Sequence record: PV593634.1
Length of the DNA: 64,000 bases
Reading direction: 5' to 3' (one strand)
Below the pieces are notes generated by a model, which had not been told where the DNA came from, ran no database searches, and saw only the letters and a list, made by a program, of their open reading frames with translations. Shown here piece by piece: positions 18,466-26,631 of the stretch; the first letter of the stretch is position 1, and every line of letters begins with the position of its first letter. The position numbers and the translations under genes are program-made.

Positions 18466-18743
18466 TGCTAAATCATATTGTTAAACTTAAAGTAGCTTTA
18501 CATTGCCCTGGTATTGCGAACCAACTGCAAGGCACCATCACTGTGGATCCACGCGAAATCAAACGCCTGGAAGAAGTGAACGATAAAGTATTCATCGTTA
18601 TGAATGATGGTGAGCGTTTCTGTTCAGATGAAAATCTGGGCTGTGTTCAGTATGATATTCGCAGGGCTTTTGAAAAGATTGCTGAGTATGAAACTGAACG
18701 CGAGATCGAACGCATGAATCGCGAACTGGATGGGAAGAACTAA
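18465..18743 (+). CDS. Small protein with an FlbD-like domain (start MLNHIV)
   Basis: TAATG overlap. ITVDPREIKRLEEVNDKVFIVMNDGERFCSDE. Confidence 0.7.
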   Translation: MLNHIVKLKVALHCPGIANQLQGTITVDPREIKRLEEVNDKVFIVMNDGERFCSDENLGCVQYDIRRAFEKIAEYETEREIERMNRELDGKN

Positions 18744-19136
18744 ATGAAATACGTATCTGCTTTAATCCGGGTTCTGGATGCTGAAGGTGGTCCAGCAGTT
18801 GTTGACGTAACGAAAGTCGATAGCTTCAAATGCTCAGCACCCAATCGTGTTCGCGTTTACTTGTCTGGTTGTGAAGCACCGCTTCTCATTCAGTCTAATG
18901 TTGATAAGTTCGGGGAACAGGTTAACAACCGCCGTAAGGAAATCTGGGAAGCTCAACACGCTGTTGATATCTTGAAGATCCAACTGCTTGCTGAGATTCG
19001 TGATAACACAAAGACTCAGGAATACAGCGCCGAAGAAATCGTAGCACAAATGAAGCATGCCATGTATGGCGATGGGTCCGTTGTGTTACCAATGGTAACT
19101 GGTGAAGTTAAAACTGATTCACCTAAGGGGTTCTGA
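18744..19136 (+). CDS. Protein with an N-terminal FlbD-like domain (130 aa)
   Basis: Abuts the previous stop. AVVDVTKVDSF...VRVYLSG..LLIQSNVDKFGEQV. Confidence 0.7.
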   Translation: MKYVSALIRVLDAEGGPAVVDVTKVDSFKCSAPNRVRVYLSGCEAPLLIQSNVDKFGEQVNNRRKEIWEAQHAVDILKIQLLAEIRDNTKTQEYSAEEIVAQMKHAMYGDGSVVLPMVTGEVKTDSPKGF

Positions 19137-19534
19137 TGAAACATTCAATTACTTTTGAGACCGAAGATGGTTTCATTGATATCCCGATAAAGGATATTCG
19201 CAATACAACGTTGGAAGGAACTAAGATATTCGTTTCCACCCATCAGAATACCAAGCACCATGTGTTGGGTCGCTTCAAAGACATCGTCGGTGAGATTCGT
19301 GACGCACATACTTATCAACCTGAAGAGTTCTACGTGTGTATCGAATCTCTACGTGAGACATCTTGGCGCGGTGAATTAGGAAAAGAATACACCCGTCGGG
19401 CGATCATCCCAAAAGCGAATCTGCAGAAGGTCGTGGATGACAGTAATGGCGCCATGGTTTATCTCAGAGAAGGAGCTGTGATGTTTACTAAGGAAAGTCC
19501 CGAGGCGTTCCTTAAGTCATTGAGAACTCTGTAA
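19136..19534 (+). CDS. Protein with two FlbD-like domains (132 aa)
   Basis: TGATG overlap. IDIPIKDIRN... and AIIPKANLQKV...MVYLREGAVMFTKESPEAFL. Confidence 0.7.
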   Translation: MKHSITFETEDGFIDIPIKDIRNTTLEGTKIFVSTHQNTKHHVLGRFKDIVGEIRDAHTYQPEEFYVCIESLRETSWRGELGKEYTRRAIIPKANLQKVVDDSNGAMVYLREGAVMFTKESPEAFLKSLRTL

Positions 19535-19696
19535 ATGCAAAAGCAATCTAGGGGTGTGAGTAGAAGGAATCTGCTAATCTTCATGTTTGGTAAGACCTTC
19601 AGCCCCAAGGTTGCCATTGAAGATAAAGTAGTAGATTTGATAATCGGTAAAGAAGCGAGTTTGCTTATCAACTTTAGAAAGAGGATACTGAAATGA
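19535..19696 (+). CDS. 53-aa small ORF below the track cutoff
   Basis: ATG immediately after the upstream TAA; its TGA overlaps the next ATG (ATGA). MQKQSRGVSRRNLLIFMFGKTFSPKVAIEDKVVDLIIGKEASLLINFRKRILK. Confidence 0.6.
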   Translation: MQKQSRGVSRRNLLIFMFGKTFSPKVAIEDKVVDLIIGKEASLLINFRKRILK

Positions 19697-20466
19697 AAAA
19701 CAAAAAGATCGATTGGTTTGTGTACGATAAATACTGGCGTCAATGGTCTCGTGTGGTTTCACGAGGTGGTGGTAACTTTGATCACGAAATCTCTATCCCA
19801 TTGCACCCGATAAATGATGGTCCGAATATAGATAGTGAGAAAGAGTGGGAAGAGATTGCTAAGGTCCAGATCAAACGTTTTGATGTTCGCTATCGCGCAT
19901 CTAGTAAAGATCAGATTTACACTCACGAACTTCCTCAGGAAGTTTATGACCGCCTGGTTATGAAAGTGGGTAAAGCTAAAGCTGATGTGATCATGCATGC
20001 CGACATCTTATCCCTGGTCGATTGGTCTCGTTATGTCGAGTATGGTGACACATACGTTCCATTCGAGATGTGCCGTTATGAACAATCCTGGTATTTCCAT
20101 TCCATCAAACGTGAAGGGGTTGAATCAGTATCGGCTCTGATGGATGCTCAACGCTTCTGTAAGTTGGTACAAATGGAACCCGCTAAGGAATGTATCCTGG
20201 CCGGTGGTTTGTATCACGAACATGAAGGTAAATGCGTAACACTGTTTGCCACTATTGATCCAGTTCGTGAGATCGTAGCTATCGATGTAATGATCAGTAC
20301 GGATCACTTTGATTCTCGTACCCGATTCACTAACAATATACGGGGCGAATGGAACAACTCCATTTATGATCATCTCCTGTTCTCCGATCATGTCTCCGTG
20401 GAGACTCACGAGCAAGCTCTCGAAATGATCAACCGTATCAAAACTAACTTAATCATTTACTCTTAA
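19693..20466 (+). CDS. Hypothetical protein (257 aa)
   Basis: GAGGA SD; long ORF in the operon. Confidence 0.8.
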   Translation: MKNKKIDWFVYDKYWRQWSRVVSRGGGNFDHEISIPLHPINDGPNIDSEKEWEEIAKVQIKRFDVRYRASSKDQIYTHELPQEVYDRLVMKVGKAKADVIMHADILSLVDWSRYVEYGDTYVPFEMCRYEQSWYFHSIKREGVESVSALMDAQRFCKLVQMEPAKECILAGGLYHEHEGKCVTLFATIDPVREIVAIDVMISTDHFDSRTRFTNNIRGEWNNSIYDHLLFSDHVSVETHEQALEMINRIKTNLIIYS

Positions 20467-20483
20467 TTAGAAGGAAGTACAAA

Positions 20484-20939
20484 GTGGAGCTTAAATTTTT
20501 ATTCGGTACTGTTCGTGTCATCAAAAAGAATGACGAAGATACGATAGAAAATGCCACGCTGAAAGACTGCATCCTGATGACTCGTAAAACGGATTTGATT
20601 CAGCATTCTGAAATGGCATCTGCTACATCGTTATTTCCACTAACGGGTGGGTTTATTAAGAGCATCCGTGACCGTAGAAAAATGCATTGGTTTGGTGAAT
20701 CTGTATCTTGCAGAGTTCGGACCGATGAAAGTATGGAACCGTTGTACACTAAGTTGGTTACAACCGAGAACTACTGGAAAGCTGAACTGATTCGTCTGGG
20801 CAGAACTTACACCATCTTCATGGTATGTCCTGTGGATTATGAACCAAGTTGTCAGTTATCAGAACTCAAATGGCAACCATGTTCACACCTTGATCTTAAA
20901 GACATTGTAGAAGCTGAGCAGAAGACCAACGTTTACTAA
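20484..20939 (+). CDS. Hypothetical protein (151 aa)
   Basis: AAGGAA SD and GTG start. Confidence 0.7.
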   Translation: MELKFLFGTVRVIKKNDEDTIENATLKDCILMTRKTDLIQHSEMASATSLFPLTGGFIKSIRDRRKMHWFGESVSCRVRTDESMEPLYTKLVTTENYWKAELIRLGRTYTIFMVCPVDYEPSCQLSELKWQPCSHLDLKDIVEAEQKTNVY

Positions 20940-20944
20940 ACAAA

Positions 20945-20986
20945 CATAATCCCCTACCCCTCCTTTATGGAGTGGGTAGGGTTATG
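20945..20986. terminator. Dispersed palindrome family copy A (bidirectional terminator)
   Basis: CCCCTACCCCTCC-TTTAT-GGAGTGGGTAGGG flanked by CATAA and TTATG, between convergent genes. Confidence 0.75.
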
Positions 20987-21003
20987 AATTACTTTAATTA
21001 TTT

Positions 21004-21609
21004 TTAGACGATTGCTTTAAGGTCTTCAATGAAGTAAAGGTTACCAGTGAACTTATCGATGTTGATAGAAGTGATGGTAAACTCACCAGAAGCTTTGGTT
21101 GTAGGATCCATAGCTGGCGCTGTGGTTACACCAATCTGATCCCAATAGATGTCGTTCATCAAACGCATAACTACATCTGGATTAGCATCAGCTGAGTTCA
21201 GAACAATGGCATGCTTACCAACCATGTTCACATACACTACACCTGGACCTTGTGTTCCGTTCTTAACTGCAAGAGTTAATTCTTCAACCGTACCGTAGGT
21301 GGTTACAACCACACCGAATTCGTTAAAGATAGGAACAATGGTGATCTTCTCTACTTCAATATCAGCACGGAAGAAACCGGTTTTACGAGATAAGAAACAG
21401 CAGAGGACAATTCCACTACCTAAAGTAACTGGAGGTTCGATCATCACATCTTCGTGACGTAAACCATCGTAACGCTGTTTAGCGAGTGTCAATTCGTCGC
21501 TTGGTCCTTCCGCTTCTAGTTTGGCGATACGATCAACCATAAACTTTCGGGCAGATAAGAACACCGGATCATTTATCTTTTTACTGTTAACGCCTGAGAC
21601 TGTGATCAT
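21004..21609 (-). CDS. Stand-alone paralog of the N-terminal domain of the 3381-aa fibre (201 aa)
   Basis: KKINDPVFLSARKFMVDRIAKLEAEGPSDELTLAKQRY..PV..G...RKTGF aligns with KKCINDPLYTPVDRFLKERIAKLEIEGPADELELARERY..PV..DG..RKTGF. Confidence 0.85.
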   Translation of the reverse strand: MITVSGVNSKKINDPVFLSARKFMVDRIAKLEAEGPSDELTLAKQRYDGLRHEDVMIEPPVTLGSGIVLCCFLSRKTGFFRADIEVEKITIVPIFNEFGVVVTTYGTVEELTLAVKNGTQGPGVVYVNMVGKHAIVLNSADANPDVVMRLMNDIYWDQIGVTTAPAMDPTTKASGEFTITSINIDKFTGNLYFIEDLKAIV

Positions 21610-21665
21610 AATGGGCTACCTGTTAATAAAACTATTAGAGTATTTTGACTCGTTCCAAAAGATTC

Positions 21666-21721
21666 AAATGACTTATTACCCGTGTGTATAAAAATACAGA
21701 CAGATATTATTAAAGTGTACA
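21666..21721 (+). promoter_or_regulatory. Tandem putative early promoters (variant at 21666-21690, consensus copy at 21697-21721)
   Basis: AAATGACTTATTACCCGTGTGTATA and CAGACAGATATTATTAAAGTGTACA both carry TATTA-N5-GTGTA. Confidence 0.7.
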
Positions 21722-21751
21722 GTTAATGTGTATCTTAATGAGGAAATAAAG

Positions 21752-22114
21752 ATGGATAGTAAACCTAAACTGATTGTACACGCCATGGCCGAGGAACGTG
21801 TAAAGTATCTGAATCGGCATCTGGTTAATCTAGATACTTGTGTATTAACGATGAAGGAGGTACCTTGGTGGAAACTTTATAAGTTCCTGAAGTACCGTTT
21901 AGCCATCTTGTCGGTAACCATGTGCATACGACCCAAGCTACAAAAACTTATTCTGGATTACACTATCTATACGGCCAATCCTCCAGACTTCACCATCGGG
22001 TATATTAATATGCGATTCACTGAATTTCTGGAAACGCATAAAAAATTCCTAATCAATCTAAATAAACTTTATTTAGTAAAGGAAGATAAGTTTTTAGAAA
22101 AACTGAATAAGTAA
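21752..22114 (+). CDS. Hypothetical protein (start MDSKPKL)
   Basis: GAGGAAA SD before ATG 21752. Confidence 0.7.
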   Translation: MDSKPKLIVHAMAEERVKYLNRHLVNLDTCVLTMKEVPWWKLYKFLKYRLAILSVTMCIRPKLQKLILDYTIYTANPPDFTIGYINMRFTEFLETHKKFLINLNKLYLVKEDKFLEKLNK

Positions 22115-22141
22115 TGTTCTGTTCTAAATTGGAGAAATGAA

Positions 22142-22540
22142 ATGAAAGAAACCGAAGCTCAATATCTAGCAAGACTCGCTTATCATTCAGCTCACGATCT
22201 GTTAGACTGTATCGATGATGCGGTTAAACAAATGATCGAAAGTCGTAATTGGAAAACCTATCTGACCACGTTGGATCTGTTTACTGTATTACATCTGAAA
22301 GCTCGAATGAATACTTTTAAGAAAGCTGTTGGTAACAACTTCGAGTTGTATATCTACAACGGTGATAAATACAACGACCGTGTTCTAGAGTACATCGTTA
22401 ATTTCTATAACGATCTTATTCGTGAATTCCGTAAGGACATTATTAATCTATTCAACTTCTGTCGTAAAGACGTACCGCACCTTACCGGTAACGGTGAGGA
22501 ATCTTTCTTAGCATTAACATACGGTGGTTATATCAGATAA
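22142..22540 (+). CDS. Hypothetical protein (132 aa), possible paralog of the preceding gene
   Basis: GGAGA SD. Shares a Y.IY...D..(I/L).YI...F.E......INL pattern with 21752. Confidence 0.7.
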   Translation: MKETEAQYLARLAYHSAHDLLDCIDDAVKQMIESRNWKTYLTTLDLFTVLHLKARMNTFKKAVGNNFELYIYNGDKYNDRVLEYIVNFYNDLIREFRKDIINLFNFCRKDVPHLTGNGEESFLALTYGGYIR

Positions 22541-22554
22541 CCCAGGAGCCCGCC

Positions 22555-23094
22555 ATGAATACAGTTTTCTGTGCAGACGGACATGTGGATCACTTAGCTT
22601 CTTGCAAAAGAAGGGGATTTGAAACAGTAGAAAAATTCCAAGAGTATTACGCTGATACTTGGTGTTCTAAAGTTGGTAAGAATACTTTAGTGTATTGTGT
22701 CGGGGATATGGCTTTGTACCATTCCGGCTTGGTGTTCATGAAGAAACTTCCTGGGCGCAAGATCCTGGTGATGGGTAACCACGATCCCGAACGTGAAAAC
22801 AATACACGCGATTTAATTGAAGTGTATGATGAACTGTACGGTGTATGGAAGCACAAAGGCTCTCCTTTATATATCGCACACGTTCCTTCCCATCCGTCAC
22901 AACTTCGTGGTCGTTTAATGGTGCACGGGCATTTACATGGAGATGTCATTCAGGATGAACGTTATATCAACGTATCTTGGGAACAACTTCCTGGTCATGC
23001 TCCAGTATCGATCGAAGATATTGTATCGGGTAAATTCAGAACCTGGAGAAAACCTGAACATGGAACAATCCATTTACCGTCTAAGCAAGTATAG
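22555..23094 (+). CDS. Calcineurin-like metallophosphoesterase
   Basis: Motifs ADGH (DxH), VGD, MGNHD, IAH and HGHLH. Confidence 0.9.
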   Translation: MNTVFCADGHVDHLASCKRRGFETVEKFQEYYADTWCSKVGKNTLVYCVGDMALYHSGLVFMKKLPGRKILVMGNHDPERENNTRDLIEVYDELYGVWKHKGSPLYIAHVPSHPSQLRGRLMVHGHLHGDVIQDERYINVSWEQLPGHAPVSIEDIVSGKFRTWRKPEHGTIHLPSKQV

Positions 23095-23287
23095 TAATTA
23101 CGCATTTGTAATTGCTTTCACAGTTTTAGCCATGCTGCTTGGGTTCGATTATTTCAAACCCATCGAAATGACTAAGTTTATTGTTGTTGCCCTATTCCCT
23201 TTCCAGGTGGCGCTGGTAATCTTCGACATCATACTTTACTTTGTACGTCGACAAATAGAAAGGAAACGTCGTGACTCCGTCTCATAA
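23060..23287 (+). CDS. Small two-TM membrane protein (start MEQSIY)
   Basis: GGAGA SD before ATG 23060; two hydrophobic segments. Confidence 0.65.
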   Translation: MEQSIYRLSKYSNYAFVIAFTVLAMLLGFDYFKPIEMTKFIVVALFPFQVALVIFDIILYFVRRQIERKRRDSVS

Positions 23288-23486
23288 CCTTATCGTGTTC
23301 TTTTGCATTATGGTTGTTCTTTATCTTATCTACGTTGGGTCGAAGCTAGTCGACTGTTACATGCCGAGATATCGTAAAGAACAGGTCGTCAAAATTATTA
23401 AGGTCAACGGTACCATTATTCTGACCGCTTCTATCTTTACCCTCGTTATCAATGGCTGTGTTGCAATCTATAAGGTATTCTCATGA
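23271..23486 (+). CDS. Small two-TM membrane protein (71 aa)
   Basis: AAGGAA SD, GTG start, two hydrophobic segments, ATGA overlap with thyA. Confidence 0.65.
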   Translation: MTPSHNLIVFFCIMVVLYLIYVGSKLVDCYMPRYRKEQVVKIIKVNGTIILTASIFTLVINGCVAIYKVFS

Positions 23487-24673
23487 AAAAGTTAAATAAG
23501 TATGAACACTGGTATATGGAACAGATGAATAACATCATCGAGAACGGTCAACGTCGTGGCGACCGTACCGGTACTGGTGTTATCTCTCTACCTGATCTGG
23601 AGTATCGTCATGACCTGCGTGAATCTTACCCAGTTCTGTGGTCTCGCTTCTTTAACCTTCATATGCCTATCATCGAGATTTTGTGGATGATGTCGGGTAG
23701 CTCCAATATCCTGGAACTGAAAGAGAAAGGTTGTCCGTTCTGGAATGGCTTTGCGGTTAAAGGTGACAAGATTGTAGCGACTCAGTTGTCTTTAACTGAA
23801 CGTCTTAAATTGTTAGCCGCTAAACAGGGTGTTCCTTACGGTAAGGTTCTCCAGGTATTCGGTAGTGAGAAACCTGAAGATATTAAACTGGAACTGGATC
23901 TGAAAGAGATCCCCGATACCCAAGATATGCTGGTTGCTAAAGACGGTGACCTAGGTCCAGTATACGGTCACCAGTGGCGTTATTGGCCAAACCCTGATGG
24001 ATCTACCTTCGACCAGTTAACGTACGCTCTGGAAGCTTTACGTAGCGATCCTAACAACCGTCGCATCGTAGTCAACTGTTGGAACCCAAGTTACCTGCCG
24101 GATCCTAAGAAATCCCCAGCAGAGAACGCTGCTAACGGTAAGATGGCTTTGACTCCGTGCCACTTCAGCTTTGGTTTCTATACCTGGGAAATTCCTTTCC
24201 ATGAACGTGCTGAAATGTTGAAAGGTCTGTGTGCTCCAGAAGAATGGCGTAGCATCTATCCCATCACAAGTGGATCTGAAGCAATTGCTAAGATCGAAGC
24301 ACTGTGTGGTAAGTACGATATCCCTCGCTACTTCCTGGACCTGAAATACGTGATGCGTTCAAACGACTGGATCCTAGGTCAGCCAGCCAATATGAACATG
24401 TACTCTGCCATGTTAATGGTGTTTGCGAAAGAACTGAACATGGTTCCTCGCTACGTCAAATACACTGGCTGGGATTGTCATGTTTACGCCAACCATCTGG
24501 AAGGTGCCGAAGAACTAAACCGTCGTTGGGCTACTGGTGAACATAAGTACTCTAATGTGCATGTTAACCTGGATACCGAAGCACTTGGTCTGTTTAACTA
24601 CAGACATGATGACTTCCACGTTCCTGAAGCTTATAAGCCGCTGGACAAAATCAAATTCCCTATCGCTATCTAA
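23483..24673 (+). CDS. thyA: Thymidylate synthase with two large insertions
   Basis: DRTGTG, YGHQWR, RRIVVNCWNP, LTPCH, RSND..LG.P.N and DCHVYANH motifs. Confidence 0.95.
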   Translation: MKKLNKYEHWYMEQMNNIIENGQRRGDRTGTGVISLPDLEYRHDLRESYPVLWSRFFNLHMPIIEILWMMSGSSNILELKEKGCPFWNGFAVKGDKIVATQLSLTERLKLLAAKQGVPYGKVLQVFGSEKPEDIKLELDLKEIPDTQDMLVAKDGDLGPVYGHQWRYWPNPDGSTFDQLTYALEALRSDPNNRRIVVNCWNPSYLPDPKKSPAENAANGKMALTPCHFSFGFYTWEIPFHERAEMLKGLCAPEEWRSIYPITSGSEAIAKIEALCGKYDIPRYFLDLKYVMRSNDWILGQPANMNMYSAMLMVFAKELNMVPRYVKYTGWDCHVYANHLEGAEELNRRWATGEHKYSNVHVNLDTEALGLFNYRHDDFHVPEAYKPLDKIKFPIAI

Positions 24674-24681
24674 CTTAAATA

Positions 24682-24707
24682 ACTAGGGGTCCGAAAGGGT
24701 CCCTAGT
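24682..24707 (+). terminator. GAAA-loop hairpin after thyA with no U tail (attenuator or RNA stability element)
   Basis: ACTAGGGGTCC-GAAA-GGGTCCCTAGT, followed directly by the SD of the next gene. Confidence 0.5.
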
Positions 24708-24721
24708 AAAGGAGCTTTTAA

Positions 24722-25546
24722 ATGACTAAGCAAGAACGTGATAACATCGTAGGCGTAACTTCATTTCAAACCTTACTTCGTGGCGTTGAGGTTTTTATTG
24801 AACAGGATGGGTTAAAACCAATTGAAATCAATGGGTTGGTTACCCAACCTTTATATGACGTATTAAACATGATGACCAGAATTACGTTTGGCGTACCTTA
24901 TATTGGTAAGGATCCTCGTTTCGGTCAACAAGATTCTTTAACAGGTTTGCAGGATTGGTATAACCATGTGCGTTCTTTCGTAAATCAGGGGACTCAGTAT
25001 TATCTCCACCCAATGGAGATTACTGGCGAGTGGGATATGGAAAGCTATCGTGGATTCCAATCCATCGTCGAATGCTACCGTCAACATACTCTAAAGAAAG
25101 AAGGGATAATCCATTCCGATATCTCTCGCATCAATTATCGTATTTCCGGTATTGATACAATCATATTCTCTAGCGAAACCCAGTTAGATGATTTCCATAA
25201 GTGTGCTACCTTAGCTACAGGTGTTCAGAACATCGAACAATACCTGCCGTACATGAGAACCACTGGTTGGAAGTTTAGTGTTGGATGTACTGACGAAGGC
25301 TTCCCAGTTGGCGTTATCGCGTACAGTTTACCTAACCCGATGATGGGTAATCAAGATACAGTTATTGCCGGTATCTATGTTGCTCCCGAACATCGTGGAC
25401 GAGGTATCGGTAAAGCTTTGGTTAACGATGTGTTGACTGCATCCCAACCATATGACTATACAGTGGTGGCTAATAAGTCGGTAGGTCATGTACCAGGATG
25501 GTCGGATGTGATTAGTTTCCTTTCTCAGTTCAACGTCAAAATGTAA
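24722..25546 (+). CDS. Unknown N-terminal domain fused to a GNAT acetyltransferase
   Basis: GNAT motif A: IAGIYVAPEHRGRGIGKAL. Confidence 0.85.
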   Translation: MTKQERDNIVGVTSFQTLLRGVEVFIEQDGLKPIEINGLVTQPLYDVLNMMTRITFGVPYIGKDPRFGQQDSLTGLQDWYNHVRSFVNQGTQYYLHPMEITGEWDMESYRGFQSIVECYRQHTLKKEGIIHSDISRINYRISGIDTIIFSSETQLDDFHKCATLATGVQNIEQYLPYMRTTGWKFSVGCTDEGFPVGVIAYSLPNPMMGNQDTVIAGIYVAPEHRGRGIGKALVNDVLTASQPYDYTVVANKSVGHVPGWSDVISFLSQFNVKM

Positions 25547-25551
25547 TACAT

Positions 25552-25577
25552 CCTCCTTTACCCGAAGGTAAAGGAGG
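25552..25577. terminator. Hairpin terminator
   Basis: Perfect 11-bp stem CCTCCTTTACC/GGTAAAGGAGG with a CGAA loop (UUCG on the minus strand). Confidence 0.7.
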
Positions 25578-25602
25578 GTTCAGTTTCAGTTGTATTCTTT
25601 TT

Positions 25603-25627
25603 CAGACACATATAATTTAAGTGTAAA
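25603..25627 (+). promoter_or_regulatory. Putative early promoter copy
   Basis: CAGACACATATAATTTAAGTGTAAA, preceded by TATTCTTTTT as at 16395. Confidence 0.75.
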
Positions 25628-25684
25628 TACAATAATGTATTACAACCACCTGCAACTATTAAATTTTAGAGAAGGAATATTACC

Positions 25685-26035
25685 ATGGCTAACAACTTCG
25701 CTGCTGTAGAACACATGAACGATCGTAACGTAGAAGGCGTTTCTTATATGAAAACCGTTCTGGCTAACGTTATGGGCGTAAACACTGAATCCGAAAAAGA
25801 TAACGAGATGGGTTCAGTAGCAATGGCTGCTATCAAATCTATGGCTCGTACTGCTTTCGGTCGTCTGCCTCTGTTCCGTACTGCACAGATGGATAACGGC
25901 GTAATGACTTTCCAGGCTTTCTTCAACGACTTCGCTGAAGCTAATGACCTGAACGCACACCTGCGTGTAACTGGTGTTTGGAACGAAGCAACCCAGAACG
26001 CATTCGACATGATCGTAACTAAATTCAACGCATAA
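25685..26035 (+). CDS. Hypothetical early protein (116 aa)
   Basis: AAGGAA SD; strongly biased codons (AAC, GCT, CGT, TTC). Confidence 0.85.
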   Translation: MANNFAAVEHMNDRNVEGVSYMKTVLANVMGVNTESEKDNEMGSVAMAAIKSMARTAFGRLPLFRTAQMDNGVMTFQAFFNDFAEANDLNAHLRVTGVWNEATQNAFDMIVTKFNA

Positions 26036-26046
26036 GGAATACTAAC

Positions 26047-26304
26047 ATGAACCATTTTAAATTAGCTCGTGCTGCTGCAAAGAACCAAAAACTGGCTGCT
26101 CTGTTCACTGCTGTATTCCTGGCATTCGGTCTGGTATTCTGGCTGCTTGCAAAACTGGAAATCGCAACTGAGTTCTCCCAGTTCATCGCCACCATTATGG
26201 GTAACGTATCTTTCGGATTCCTGATTGCATATGTTATCTGCAATGTTATCCGTTACAACTCGGAAACAAAAACCCATAAAGGGTTACCTAAACGTATGCA
26301 TTAA
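26047..26304 (+). CDS. Two-TM membrane protein (85 aa)
   Basis: AAGGAA SD; two hydrophobic helices. Confidence 0.8.
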   Translation: MNHFKLARAAAKNQKLAALFTAVFLAFGLVFWLLAKLEIATEFSQFIATIMGNVSFGFLIAYVICNVIRYNSETKTHKGLPKRMH

Positions 26305-26305
26305 T

Positions 26306-26340
26306 TCCCACCTGCCCCTAGTTTTATACTAGGGGTGGGA
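26306..26340 (+). terminator. Hairpin
   Basis: CCCCTAGT-TTTAT-ACTAGGGG extended by TCCCAC/GTGGGA. Confidence 0.55.
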
Positions 26341-26372
26341 TCTTAAGCTCTATAATAATTTTTGGTATCCAT

Positions 26373-26618
26373 ATGAAAAACAAAACAACTAAGTTACTGT
26401 TTGGGTTGTTTGAGCTTATGGTAGTCGGATTAGCTATTATGTTCGTGATAATCGCTTCCGCTACTATAGCTTGGTGGTTCAAAGCCATACCTGAAGAAAT
26501 GAGCGCATATATTCAACCCGCCCTGATAATAGTAGGATGCTGGGCTGGTGCTGTAGTAATGATAGGGATGTCGGCTTTGGACAGTAAACTTCCCTACGAC
26601 CCTAATAACCGTCATTAA
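26373..26618 (+). CDS. Two-TM membrane protein (81 aa)
   Basis: Two long hydrophobic segments. Confidence 0.65.
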   Translation: MKNKTTKLLFGLFELMVVGLAIMFVIIASATIAWWFKAIPEEMSAYIQPALIIVGCWAGAVVMIGMSALDSKLPYDPNNRH

Positions 26619-26631
26619 TTTGGATAAAAGA

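Noticed and set aside
23483-24673. ThyA as a dCMP hydroxymethylase (modified-base system)
   Set aside because: The dUMP-specifying Asn is retained, and no glycosyltransferase or other base-modification genes are recognisable nearby.
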